DNA of 64,000 nucleotides from Desulfobacteraceae bacterium (GTDB taxonomy: Bacteria; Desulfobacterota; Desulfobacteria; Desulfobacterales; Desulfosarcinaceae). The notes beneath the pieces were generated by a model. It searched no databases and was not told where the DNA came from. It was given only the letters and a program-made list of their open reading frames with translations. Positions 9,479-18,859 of the stretch are shown here, in pieces (within the stretch, counting starts at the first letter, position 1; each line of letters opens with the position of its first letter). The stretch is from positions 11,019 to 75,018 of the forward strand of contig JBNKKA010000002.1 in assembly GCA_050291585.1 (NCBI GenBank). Reading direction: 5' to 3'. The translations under genes and the position numbers were made by a program.

Positions 9479-10705
9479 TTGCAAAGCAAAGAGAACATCG
9501 TCGTCGGACTGGATATCGGCACCACTAAGATCTGCTGCGTGGTTGGAGAAGTCGGTTCTGGCAATATCAACATCATCGGTATCGGCACCTGCCCCTCCAT
9601 CGGTCTGCGCAAGGGGGTGGTGGTCAATATCGAGTCCACTGTCGAATCGATCAAAAAGGCCGTCGAAGAGGCCGAACTCATGGCCGGCTGCGAGATCTCT
9701 TCGGTCTACGCCGGTATCGCCGGGGGCCACATCACCGGCTTCAACAGTCGCGGTATCGTGGCCATCAAGGGCACCGAGATCACCCCCGGCGACGTGGAGC
9801 GCGTCATCGACGCCGCCCGCGCCGTGGCCATCCCCATGGACCGCGAGGTGATCCATGTGCTGCCCCAGGAGTATATCGTCGACGACCAGACCGGGATTCA
9901 GAACCCCGTGGGCATGGCCGGCGTGCGCCTGGAGGCCAAGATCCATATCGTCACCGGCGCCGTCACCTCGGCCCACAACATCGTCAAATGCGCCAACCGG
10001 GCCGGACTGGATGTGTGCGACATCGTCCTGGAGAGCCTCGCCTCGGGAGAAGCGGTCCTCAGCAGCGAGGAGCGCGAGTTGGGCACCGCCCTTTTGGACA
10101 TCGGCGGCGGCACCACCGACCTGGCGGTCTTCGCGGGTAAGAATATCAGGCACACCTTTGTGCTGGCCCTGGGGGGCGACACCATCACCAACGACATCGC
10201 CATCGGCCTGAGGGCTCCCGTGGTGGAGGCGGAGAAGATCAAGAAGAAATTCGGCTCCTGCCTGAGTAGGGAGATATCCAGTGACGAGACCATCGAGGTG
10301 CCCGGCATGGGCGGCCGCGAGCCGCGCAAACTGCCGCGCCAGATTCTGGGAGAGATTCTCGAACCGCGCATGGAGGAGATCTTCAATCTGTGCAACCGCG
10401 AAGTCTACCGCGCCGGCATGGAGAACATGATCAACTCGGGGGTGGTGATCACCGGGGGGTCTTCCCTGCTCGAGGGCGCCACCGAGGTGGCCGAAGGGGT
10501 CTTCAGCCTGCCCACCCGCCTGGGTCGGCCGCGGGGCATCAGCGGCCTCACCGACGTGGTCAACAACCCCATGTACGCCACCGGGGTGGGTCTGGTCATG
10601 TACGGCGCCCGCCAGGCGCCGGAGAAAAAGTTCCGCATCCGCGATCGCAACATCTTCAACAGCCTGATTACGCGAATGAAGAAGTGGTTCAAGGAAGTAC
10701 TTTAA
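9479..10705 (+). CDS. ftsA: Cell division protein FtsA
   Basis: Actin-like ATPase motifs VGLDIGTTKICCVVGE and DIGGGTTDLAVF. TTG start with an AGGAGG Shine-Dalgarno at 9468-9473. Confidence 0.93.
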   Translation: MQSKENIVVGLDIGTTKICCVVGEVGSGNINIIGIGTCPSIGLRKGVVVNIESTVESIKKAVEEAELMAGCEISSVYAGIAGGHITGFNSRGIVAIKGTEITPGDVERVIDAARAVAIPMDREVIHVLPQEYIVDDQTGIQNPVGMAGVRLEAKIHIVTGAVTSAHNIVKCANRAGLDVCDIVLESLASGEAVLSSEERELGTALLDIGGGTTDLAVFAGKNIRHTFVLALGGDTITNDIAIGLRAPVVEAEKIKKKFGSCLSREISSDETIEVPGMGGREPRKLPRQILGEILEPRMEEIFNLCNREVYRAGMENMINSGVVITGGSSLLEGATEVAEGVFSLPTRLGRPRGISGLTDVVNNPMYATGVGLVMYGARQAPEKKFRIRDRNIFNSLITRMKKWFKEVL

Positions 10706-10990
10706 CGTGCTTGTGAACGGGCCAATTTGAGAGGGCCTTACACATACCGGGGTCAAATGAGAGAAGAGAAGCGATGTACCGACGGGCCGCATGGGGCGGC
10801 AAACGGGTGAAGTCCCACGGAAGTTACCGCAGACAACTGCATTGGAGAGGACGCCCGATCAACTTTTAGCTCATTTTTAACGTCAAGATGTTGTCGACCG
10901 TCGCCTGCGGATTCAATGCGGGCAACATTGAAGGGCAGACCGCGGCGATAGTTACATTGTCGGCAACCAACCCAAAAAGGGGGAAACACT

Positions 10991-12190
10991 ATGTTTAGCA
11001 TGGTAGAAGCAGACCATTCGGCCAAGATCAAGGTCATCGGCGTCGGCGGCGCCGGCGGCAATGCCATCAACAACATGATCGAGAGCGGTCTTTTGGGCGT
11101 GCGTTTCATCGCCGCCAACACGGACGCCCAGTCGCTGGAGGTCTCCAAGGCGGAGACGCGCATGCAGATCGGCAACCAACTCACCGAAGGCCTTGGGGCC
11201 GGCGCCAACCCCCAGGTGGGCCGTGAAGCAGCCATGGAGAGCGCCGGGGAGCTGCGCGAGGCCCTGGAGGGCAGCCACATGGTCTTCATCACCGCCGGCT
11301 TCGGCGGCGGCACGGGCACGGGTGCCACGCCGGTGATCGCCAACATCTGCAAAGAGCTGGGGATCCTCACGGTGGCGGTAGTGACCAAGCCCTTCAGCTT
11401 CGAGGGTAAAAAACGCCTGCGCATGGCCCAGGATGGCCTGGAGGAGCTCAAGAAAGTGGCCGACACGGTCATCACCATCCCCAACGATCGCCTGCGCGGT
11501 CTGGCCTCCAAGAGCGCCAAGATGATCGAGATGTTCAAGAAGGCCGACGAGATCCTGCTGCACTCGGTCAAGGGCATCACCGACCTGATCATGATGCCCG
11601 GCCTGGTCAACCTCGACTTTGCCGACGTCAAGACCACCATGGCCAAGGCCGGTATGGCCATCATGGGCATCGGCATCTCCAGCGGTGAAAATCGCGCCGT
11701 GGAGGCCGCCGAGCGGGCCATCTCCCATCCCCTCCTGGAAGATGTCAACGTAAAGGGGGCCAAGGGCGTGCTGATGAACATCACCAGCAACAGCGACCTG
11801 ACTATGGACGAGATGACCGAAGCCTCAGAGCGGATCTACAACGAGGTGGGCGAGGATGCCGAGATCATCTGGGGCGCCGTCATCGACGACAACGTGGGTG
11901 ATGAGATGCGCGTTACCGTCATCGCCACCGGCATCGGCATGGAGAAAGAGCTTGAGCGGGAGGCGCCCAAAGCGGCCGTCAAGGACCCTACCTTCGGGGG
12001 CAAGGTACGCGACCTCACCCCCGCAGACGTCGGTGGTAGCCTGGTCGGTAGCCTTACACAGGACCTGGATGAGCCGACCTACATTCGCCGTCGCCGCGCC
12101 GTGGGAGATCCCATGAGCGACTTCAGCGATCTGGCCGTAAATACTGACGACCTGGAGGTACCCACCTTCCTGCGTCGTAAAGCCGACTGA
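10991..12190 (+). CDS. ftsZ: Cell division protein FtsZ
   Basis: GVGGAGGNAINNM and the tubulin signature GGGTGTGATPVIA. C-terminal DDLEVPTFLRRKAD peptide. Confidence 0.97.
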   Translation: MFSMVEADHSAKIKVIGVGGAGGNAINNMIESGLLGVRFIAANTDAQSLEVSKAETRMQIGNQLTEGLGAGANPQVGREAAMESAGELREALEGSHMVFITAGFGGGTGTGATPVIANICKELGILTVAVVTKPFSFEGKKRLRMAQDGLEELKKVADTVITIPNDRLRGLASKSAKMIEMFKKADEILLHSVKGITDLIMMPGLVNLDFADVKTTMAKAGMAIMGIGISSGENRAVEAAERAISHPLLEDVNVKGAKGVLMNITSNSDLTMDEMTEASERIYNEVGEDAEIIWGAVIDDNVGDEMRVTVIATGIGMEKELEREAPKAAVKDPTFGGKVRDLTPADVGGSLVGSLTQDLDEPTYIRRRRAVGDPMSDFSDLAVNTDDLEVPTFLRRKAD

Positions 12191-12376
12191 GGATGGGCCT
12201 TATACACCTGTGGTCATGCGTCGAACGCTTTTCACCATCGTCAAGCACTGCCGACTTGAGTCCGATCCCCGGATCTGCGCACCAAAGGCTTGAACGGCCG
12301 GTCGCGGTGCTTACCCTATAACTGCCTAGCATCACAATGCGTGATGGCGGATAGGGACCGAGTCACAGGTGGGGCG

Positions 12377-14137
12377 ATGAAAAAAAAGCGAAGCCGACAG
12401 CATAAAAAACACCCATCTGTAGCCGCCCCCGGCGTCGAAGAGATCGGCGCCATCAAAAAAGGCTGGGCCGGACGGTTGCGGATTGCGCTGGTATACCCCA
12501 ACACCTATGCGGTGGGGATGTCCAATCTGGGATTCCAGACGGTCTACCAGCAGTTCAATGCGTTTGACACGGTGGTCTGCGAGCGGGCGTTTTTGCCCGA
12601 TACGCCCGCGGGAAGACCCGCCGCTAGCGTGGTCAGCTTAGAATCCGGTCGCCCCCTGACCGAATTCGACCTGATCGCCTTCTCGGTGGCCTTCGAAAAC
12701 GACTATCCCAACGTGCTCAGCCTGATTGCCAAAGCAGGCCTCCCCCTGCGCTCGAAGGACCGAGGCGCCCCCTTCCCCCTGGTCATGGCGGGGGGAGTCA
12801 CCTGCTTTATCAACCCGGAACCTCTGGCCCCCTTCATCGACCTCTTCCTGGTGGGAGAGGCCGAACCACTATTGCCCGCCCTCGTGGAACAGCTGCGCGA
12901 GGGAGACCTTGGGAACCATGCCGCGCGCCAAAAGCGCCTCCTGGCCATCGCCCAAAAGGTACCCGGGGCCTACGTCCCGTGCTTCTACACGCCCAGCTAC
13001 AACGGCGACGGCACCCTGGCCGGCATAGCACCCCGGGCCGAAGTGCCCCCGCGCATCCGGCGTATCTTTGCCGCCGATCTCAGCCACCTGCCCACCGAGA
13101 CCACCATCCTCACACCGCACACCACCTTCGACGCCACCTACCTCGTGGAGGTCTCAAGGGGCTGCCCCCATGGCTGCCGCTTCTGCAGTGCCGGTTATAT
13201 CTACCGCCCACCGCGCTTCCGCCCCCTGGAGCTGCTCAAAACACAGGTCGATCACGGCCAGGCTCACACCGACCGCATCGGCCTGGTGGGCGCCGCCGTG
13301 AGCGACCTGCCCGAGTTGGCCGCCCTCTGCCGCCACGGCGCCGGCAGGAACCTCAAACTCTCTTTCAGCAGCCTGCGGGCCGACGCCCTCGCCCCCCCCC
13401 TCATCGAACAGCTCCAACGCAGCCGAGTGAAGACCGCCACCATCGCCCCCGATGCCGGCAGCGAACGATTGCGCCGGGTGATCAACAAAGGCGTCAACGA
13501 AGCACAGATCCTCTGCGCCGCCGAAACCCTGGTGGCCGGCGGGATCCCCAACCTCAAGCTCTACTTCATGGTGGGCCTGCCCACCGAGACCGATGACGAC
13601 ATCGAAGCCATCACCCAACTGGTAAAGCACATTAAACACCACTTCCTGCGCTCCAGTCGCGCCCGGGGTCGCATGGGCGATATCACCGTCAGCCTGAGTA
13701 GCTTCGTGCCCAAACCGGCAACCCCCTTCCAATGGGTGCCCATGGCCGAAGAGAAGACCCTCAAGGCGCGCCTAAAGAAGATAAAAACCGATCTACGCCG
13801 GGTGGCCAACGTACGCGTCCACAGCGACATGCCTCGCTGGGCCTTCATCCAGGCCCTCCTGTCCCGCGGCGACCGCCGCGTGGGCGACCTCCTCGAAGCC
13901 GCCCACCACAACCATGGCAACTGGCCCCAGACATTCAAGGCCGCCGTCCTCAACCCCCAGTTCTACGTCTACCGTGAACGCTCTCGCGACGAGGCCCTCC
14001 CCTGGGACTTCATCGACCATGGGGTCCGCAAAAGCTTCCTCTGGAACGAATACCAGCGCGCCCTGGACGCCAAACCCACGCCCCCCTGCCCGGCTACACC
14101 CGCATCCTGCAGCGCTTGTGGCGCTTGCGCTGATTAG
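12377..14137 (+). CDS. B12-binding-domain radical SAM protein (TIGR03960-like, uncharacterised function)
   Basis: SRGCPHGCRFCSAGYIYRP (CX3CX2C) and an N-terminal LVYPNTYAVGMSNLGFQ region. ATG 12377 is chosen over the longer ORF-track start at 12290. Confidence 0.8.
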   Translation: MKKKRSRQHKKHPSVAAPGVEEIGAIKKGWAGRLRIALVYPNTYAVGMSNLGFQTVYQQFNAFDTVVCERAFLPDTPAGRPAASVVSLESGRPLTEFDLIAFSVAFENDYPNVLSLIAKAGLPLRSKDRGAPFPLVMAGGVTCFINPEPLAPFIDLFLVGEAEPLLPALVEQLREGDLGNHAARQKRLLAIAQKVPGAYVPCFYTPSYNGDGTLAGIAPRAEVPPRIRRIFAADLSHLPTETTILTPHTTFDATYLVEVSRGCPHGCRFCSAGYIYRPPRFRPLELLKTQVDHGQAHTDRIGLVGAAVSDLPELAALCRHGAGRNLKLSFSSLRADALAPPLIEQLQRSRVKTATIAPDAGSERLRRVINKGVNEAQILCAAETLVAGGIPNLKLYFMVGLPTETDDDIEAITQLVKHIKHHFLRSSRARGRMGDITVSLSSFVPKPATPFQWVPMAEEKTLKARLKKIKTDLRRVANVRVHSDMPRWAFIQALLSRGDRRVGDLLEAAHHNHGNWPQTFKAAVLNPQFYVYRERSRDEALPWDFIDHGVRKSFLWNEYQRALDAKPTPPCPATPASCSACGACAD

Positions 14138-14160
14138 CGGACGCGCTGCGACAACCTTTC

Positions 14161-14186
14161 TAAGTATTCAATATACTTATTTTTTC
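14161..14186 (+). terminator. Candidate intrinsic terminator after the radical SAM gene
   Basis: TAAGTAT-TCAAT-ATACTTA hairpin followed by TTTTTTC. The stem is AT-rich and therefore weak. Confidence 0.4.
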
Positions 14187-14438
14187 TAACGAGCGCTTGT
14201 CATACGAGCTGATTCTTGGTATCATTCATAGCTGAGGTTCACGTTCGAGTTGCGGGGCGAACACGTTGACGAGTGATCTGAATGAATCGGCTGAATTGCC
14301 TTATTGGTGGTGGGCCTGAAAAGCGTCCGATTACGATCCTTGTGAAAAACAAACTAAATACTGATCATATAACAAAGTCGCGTGTTTGGCGCAGATAGCA
14401 GTGCGCACAACCATCGGGCTGTCAGGTGTCAGACGATT

Positions 14439-14999
14439 ATGGAACCATATCTTACATTACCAATTGGTGCACTGATTGCCTCAGTATTTGCGAGTGTTTT
14501 TCTGGACGTTTCAGAAACGTTCAAGATCAGAAACGAAGTTATTCTTGATGTCGTTGGATTTTTCGGTGAAATAGACCATCAGTTTCAGGATTTTCATGTA
14601 TATAGAAGTACAGAAATAGCTGATAGGCTGCTTGATATTTCCGATGAAGATTGTCGGTCATTAGGCAGCGCGTTATCAGTGCTTCTGTCATCTACCAGCA
14701 TCCACAAAAAAATGGCCATCGGTTTTCGGAAAAAAGAAGAGCTGGGTCTCTTCCTCGAGTTAAACAACCAGTTGCGCAAAGTTGCGAGCATATTGAGTGG
14801 CGCCACGCAAAGCGCTGGGACTAAAGAGGGACAGCAAGTCAAACAGCTATTCAAGGATAAGATCGATCCCCTGCGACACAATCTAATGATAGGCCTGATG
14901 GCTGGGGCAAAGTTTAGCGGAATCCTGTTCGATACATATAAAGTCAGGATGCCTACCTTTTATAAGATAGCGACTATCTTTAAGAAACCTAAAAACTAA
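14439..14999 (+). CDS. Hypothetical protein with one N-terminal TM helix (low-GC islet)
   Basis: ORF in low-GC DNA. N-terminus is LTLPIGALIASVFASVFLDV, followed by a helical Lys-rich remainder. No family recognised. The ATG at 14439 is preferred to the GTG at 14382. Confidence 0.45.
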   Translation: MEPYLTLPIGALIASVFASVFLDVSETFKIRNEVILDVVGFFGEIDHQFQDFHVYRSTEIADRLLDISDEDCRSLGSALSVLLSSTSIHKKMAIGFRKKEELGLFLELNNQLRKVASILSGATQSAGTKEGQQVKQLFKDKIDPLRHNLMIGLMAGAKFSGILFDTYKVRMPTFYKIATIFKKPKN

Positions 15000-15103
15000 G
15001 CTTCCGGCTTCTCGCGGACCTGTTTTACTCTGCCGCTCCACACCGCCAGGTGAGCTGGTTGCAATGAAGCAGCAGGAACATGACACACCCCAATGGAGAA
15101 AAT

Positions 15104-15391
15104 ATGAAAAAAGTATTCGATGGTAAAAAGACCGCAAAACTGGGTACTGAAAATAATCCAGCTGTCATCAACGTAAAAACAGAAGAAAGAGCGAAGGAAC
15201 TACAATCAATTTTTAAAGAAAACGGTTGGAAACATATCATCGAGCTGACCCCCGATCAACCCGAGGACATTATCGACTTGGAAATATTATTAAATCCAAT
15301 AAAAACAATGACTGCGGAAAAAAGAGCGGGACGCAATGAACCCTGCCCGTGTGGAAGCGGGAAGAAATTTAAAAAATGCTGCGGAAAGTAG
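15104..15391 (+). CDS. SEC-C motif (zinc-binding) domain protein
   Basis: C-terminal [20 protein letters not shown] is the SecA-type SEC-C metal-binding motif. GGAGA Shine-Dalgarno lies before the ATG at 15104. Confidence 0.7.
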   Translation: MKKVFDGKKTAKLGTENNPAVINVKTEERAKELQSIFKENGWKHIIELTPDQPEDIIDLEILLNPIKTMTAEKRAGRNEPCPCGSGKKFKKCCGK

Positions 15392-15409
15392 ACGTTTTAA
15401 AGGTCGACT

Positions 15410-15724
15410 ATGGGTAAACGATTGGCGATAGATCAGGTTGAGCGCTTGCTGATCCAAACAATGGCCTCTCTGCGCCACGAGGAGTGCAGCACCTGCGAGT
15501 GTCTTCAGGGATTTATCACCCAGCTTGAGTTAGACGCCGCCGATGCGCTGGCGGTAGCAGAGATCACCCGCCCCTGGAAAGTCTCGCGAACCGACATGCA
15601 CGCCTGCCTTGGCTGTGACCCATGCCCGCCCGGATCCGCCTTCGCCGACCATATCAAGGCTAGGAAAAATGCGGCTACTACATGTGCCAATACGAAAAAG
15701 ACAACATCGACACAATCATCCTGA
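15410..15724 (+). CDS. Hypothetical Cys-rich protein
   Basis: 104 aa with CSTCEC and HACLGCDPCPPG clusters. Starts 18 nt after the SEC-C gene. No family recognised. Confidence 0.4.
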   Translation: MGKRLAIDQVERLLIQTMASLRHEECSTCECLQGFITQLELDAADALAVAEITRPWKVSRTDMHACLGCDPCPPGSAFADHIKARKNAATTCANTKKTTSTQSS

Positions 15725-15915
15725 AACATGCAAAAATCAGTCAGACGGTGATGTTTGGAGAGATTCACGACTCTGTGTTGGCCGGGGCTCCGGCCCCCGT
15801 GGGCGACTCACTTTACGTGGTCTCTCTGCTTTTAAAACTGAGGGCAATCGGCTATAAATACCTTGCCCTTGAAGTGAACAAGAAAACGCAAGCCTTTGGG
15901 ATACTTCCTGGATGA
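15682..15915 (+). pseudogene. Possible truncated/frameshifted fragment of a ChaN/Tiki-like (haem-binding uptake) protein
   Basis: VMFGEIHD ... YLALEV resembles the GExH / LALE core of that family. The reading frame ends at 15915. A plausible continuation (YFLDDFTGG...) lies in the +1 frame from 15896. Confidence 0.25.
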
Positions 15916-16046
15916 CTTCACGGGTGGCCGGAATTTCAGCGGCTATATGGGACACACCTACGACACCCCGAGGGGTGCGACCTCTTCATCAGCGACTTTA
16001 TCTGGAATGGGTACCAGAAGAGAAACGTTAAGAATCTTCCCATCGA

Positions 16047-16394
16047 ATGATCAGATGTCATCCATATCATCCTGGCACGGAGAAGAAGATCGAATGGGCA
16101 GTTCTGCTTTATTTCCTGGGCTCGCTTCCGCTGATCTCATTTTGGCTCCATCGACTGCAGGAGATCTACTTCAACCGTCCCAATCCTGGCGGTTTTCTTT
16201 CATTCATCCCATTACATTATATGGATTTTATCACCGCCCTCATGCTTTCCTATTGGGTGTTCTGGTGTCTGATTCGGATTCCCATGGTCAATGCGCTCTT
16301 CACTTACACCACATTGACGCATTATTATCGCCGCTATTATCAGCCCGAGACGAGGCTTAAACAACTGGGTGCCCCCAAAGACCTCCCTCAATAG
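16047..16394 (+). CDS. Hypothetical membrane protein
   Basis: 115 aa with two or three hydrophobic segments (WAVLLYFLGSLPLISFWL, FITALMLSYWVFWCLIRIPMV). No family recognised. Confidence 0.35.
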   Translation: MIRCHPYHPGTEKKIEWAVLLYFLGSLPLISFWLHRLQEIYFNRPNPGGFLSFIPLHYMDFITALMLSYWVFWCLIRIPMVNALFTYTTLTHYYRRYYQPETRLKQLGAPKDLPQ

Positions 16395-16465
16395 GAATTG
16401 GTTGGTTGTCGAGTTTTAAAAATGAGGTGAGAATCCAATGACAAAGATAAAAACAGGAGGAATAG

Positions 16466-16558
16466 ATGTACGCAGGCAGGTATGAATGCGGCTGGGAGAA
16501 GCTCAAGGAGGTGATTGCCGAACGGGACGAAAAGGGGCTGAGCTCAGCCTCAAAATAA
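16466..16558 (+). CDS. Candidate 30-aa small ORF (MYAGRYECGWEKLKEVIAERDEKGLSSASK)
   Basis: AGGAGG lies 5 nt upstream of the ATG. Not in the ORF track because it is under 60 aa. Directly precedes the Cys-rich 62-aa ORF. Confidence 0.3.
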   Translation: MYAGRYECGWEKLKEVIAERDEKGLSSASK

Positions 16559-16598
16559 GGTATATTGACGATTGAACTCACCCAGCGAGGAGGTATCC

Positions 16599-16787
16599 AT
16601 GCCTGAACCCAAATGTAAAAGCTGTGCTTTCCGCGGCAAATACGACAAGAATCCCGGCTCTATTCTGGGTCGGCTCTGGCGCTGGCATACCGGCTGGTGT
16701 CCGGGCTGGCGGGCTTATATGAACTCCCTCCCAACCGAGGAGAGAAAGGCGATTGCCGAAAACTACAAGATGGAGAAGTACTTGTGA
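16599..16787 (+). CDS. Small Cys/Trp-rich protein (62 aa)
   Basis: MPEPKCKSCAF...WRWHTGWCPGWRAY. AGGAGG Shine-Dalgarno at 16588-16593. Ends 17 nt before the QueG-like gene. Confidence 0.5.
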   Translation: MPEPKCKSCAFRGKYDKNPGSILGRLWRWHTGWCPGWRAYMNSLPTEERKAIAENYKMEKYL

Positions 16788-16804
16788 GGTCGGTCGCAGT
16801 GTGA

Positions 16805-17761
16805 GTGGGCCTCGAACTGGCCAAAGGAGATAGCGCGTTGCAGAAGACAGCCCTGACCGAGAAGATCCGCAGCCTCGGAGAAGAGATCGGCCTGGACGCC
16901 CTGGGCGTTGCCGCGGCGGCCCCCTTCAGCGACTATGCGCTGCGCGATTCTTCCCGGCGAGACCCTCGAATCTCCATGCCGAACGCGCGTACCATCATCG
17001 TGGCGGGCATCTATATCGGTGGGGTGACCCTGCCCAAGTGGGAGGCTGCCTGTCACGGTCGCACCAGCCGGCTCTACCTGTCGGGTTTTTTTCTGGATGT
17101 GGTCAAACCCCTCCTGCCCATCATCGAATTTCTCAAGCAAGTGGGCTACCAGGCCCTTGCCTGTGACGGGGCGGTCCGGGGCGGCAGTGTGCTGCCCCTC
17201 AAGCTGGCGGCCGTGCGGGCGGGGCTGGGCTGGCAGGGAAAGCACAGCCTGCTCATCTCCAAAACCTACGGGACCTTCCTGGCCTTGGGGGGCATCATCA
17301 CCAATGCGGAGATGAACGTAAATACCCGCATCGAACCCAACCGCTGCCGGGAGTGCGACCAGTGCCGGACCGCCTGCCCTCTGGGGGCATTGGAGCGGCC
17401 CCATGTGCTTGACATGCAACGCTGTCTCTCCTACCGGCTGCAGGAAGAGGACCTGCCCGCCGCGGCAGAGGCCGTCATGGAGAACCGCGTGGGGGACTGC
17501 GAAATCTGTCAGACGGCCTGCCCCTGGAACAAAAAGCATCTCAAAACACCATTGGACACAAAGCTGACGGCTGCTTTTCAAAAGCGGATCGATGCCTTGG
17601 AAAGCTTGTTCCATCTGCCGCATCTGATGACGTTATCAGCGCAAGACTACCGGGAGCACCTGGGCCACCTCAACACCGAGATCCCATTTGACCTCTTCAG
17701 GCGTAACGTTCGTTTAGCCCTGCAGCACGCAACAGCTGAAGACAGCCGTGCCTGCGAGTAG
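16805..17761 (+). CDS. Epoxyqueuosine reductase (QueG)-like 4Fe-4S protein
   Basis: AAVRAGLGWQGKHSLLI, CRECDQCRTACPLGAL and CEICQTACPWNK, which are two ferredoxin-type clusters. The start is uncertain (GTG 16805 or TTG 16838). Confidence 0.7.
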   Translation: MGLELAKGDSALQKTALTEKIRSLGEEIGLDALGVAAAAPFSDYALRDSSRRDPRISMPNARTIIVAGIYIGGVTLPKWEAACHGRTSRLYLSGFFLDVVKPLLPIIEFLKQVGYQALACDGAVRGGSVLPLKLAAVRAGLGWQGKHSLLISKTYGTFLALGGIITNAEMNVNTRIEPNRCRECDQCRTACPLGALERPHVLDMQRCLSYRLQEEDLPAAAEAVMENRVGDCEICQTACPWNKKHLKTPLDTKLTAAFQKRIDALESLFHLPHLMTLSAQDYREHLGHLNTEIPFDLFRRNVRLALQHATAEDSRACE

Positions 17762-17805
17762 GTCAGTAGCATGGCGATAAAAGACACATTTTCCAGGAAA
17801 AGCAT

Positions 17806-18846
17806 ATGCCTAAAATAAGGACAGCCGTCATCGGCTATGGCCTTTCGGCAACGGTTTTTCATCTGCCCCTCATTGCCCACAACGATGCCTATGAGCTGGT
17901 GGCCGTCAGCACCAGCCAGGATGAGCGCGTCCGCTCTGAATGGCCAGCCATTGATTGCTATCCCACCGGCGAGGCGCTGATCGAAAAGGCCGCTGCCGAC
18001 CTGGTGATCGTCACGGCTCCCAACGAGGTCCATTTCGATCTGACCCGGGCCGCGCTGCGGGCCGGCCGGCTTGTGGTCATTGAAAAACCCATGGCCAACA
18101 CGCTGACCGAAGGGCGGGCCCTCCTCGCCCTGTCGCAAGAAACCGGTCGTCTGCTGGTCCCCTTTCACAACCGGCGCTGGGATGGGGATTTTTTGACGAT
18201 CGAGAAGCTGATCCAAACCGGCCGACTGGGTGAGGTGCACCACTTCGAATCCCATTTCGACCGCTTCAGGCCCCATGTGCGCGATCGCTGGCGCGAACAG
18301 CCCGGTCCGGGAGGCGGCGTCTGGTTTGACCTGGGCCCCCACCTCGTGGACCAGGCCCTCTGCCTGTTCGGTCCGCCCCTGGCCGTCACTGCCCGTTGTC
18401 TAAGTCTGCGGGAGCATTCCAAGGCCACCGATAACTTCCACGTGCTCCTTCACTATCCTGCCTGCGAGGTGATCCTCCACGTCAGCACCTTCGCAGCGGG
18501 ACCCAACATCCGCTTTCAGGTCCAGGGCACCGGCGGGAGCTTCGTGAAATATGGTCTGGATCCTCAGGAAGACCGGCTCAGAAGCGGCGCGCGACCCATC
18601 ACCGCCCAATGGGCGTTGGAAGAAGAAGCCGCCTTCGGCACCCTCTATACCGACACGACGAGCGCCATCATCCCCACTGAATCGGGTGGATATCAGGCGT
18701 TCTATAATCAATTGGCAGCGGCCATCGACGGCGGGGGGGACGCACCGGTCTCCGTGGATGACGCCCTTACGGGGATCGCCCTCATCGAACTCGCCGAGGA
18801 GAGTCATCGCCAGGGCAGGACCCTATCTTTTGATATGATGCTGTAA
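17806..18846 (+). CDS. Gfo/Idh/MocA family oxidoreductase
   Basis: N-terminal IRTAVIGYGLSA Rossmann fold and the VIEKPMA (EKP) motif. Confidence 0.8.
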   Translation: MPKIRTAVIGYGLSATVFHLPLIAHNDAYELVAVSTSQDERVRSEWPAIDCYPTGEALIEKAAADLVIVTAPNEVHFDLTRAALRAGRLVVIEKPMANTLTEGRALLALSQETGRLLVPFHNRRWDGDFLTIEKLIQTGRLGEVHHFESHFDRFRPHVRDRWREQPGPGGGVWFDLGPHLVDQALCLFGPPLAVTARCLSLREHSKATDNFHVLLHYPACEVILHVSTFAAGPNIRFQVQGTGGSFVKYGLDPQEDRLRSGARPITAQWALEEEAAFGTLYTDTTSAIIPTESGGYQAFYNQLAAAIDGGGDAPVSVDDALTGIALIELAEESHRQGRTLSFDMML

Positions 18847-18859
18847 AAGAAACAGGGGA

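Noticed and set aside
12290-12376. N-terminal 29-codon extension of the radical SAM ORF. Similar upstream extensions occur at 19848-20051 (MazG), 22007-22096 (kinase), 50183-50239 (MerR) and 56812-56883 (rbfA).
   Set aside because: Internal ATGs with better Shine-Dalgarno spacing give N-termini matching the usual family starts. Some extensions overlap neighbouring genes. The starts nevertheless remain predictions.
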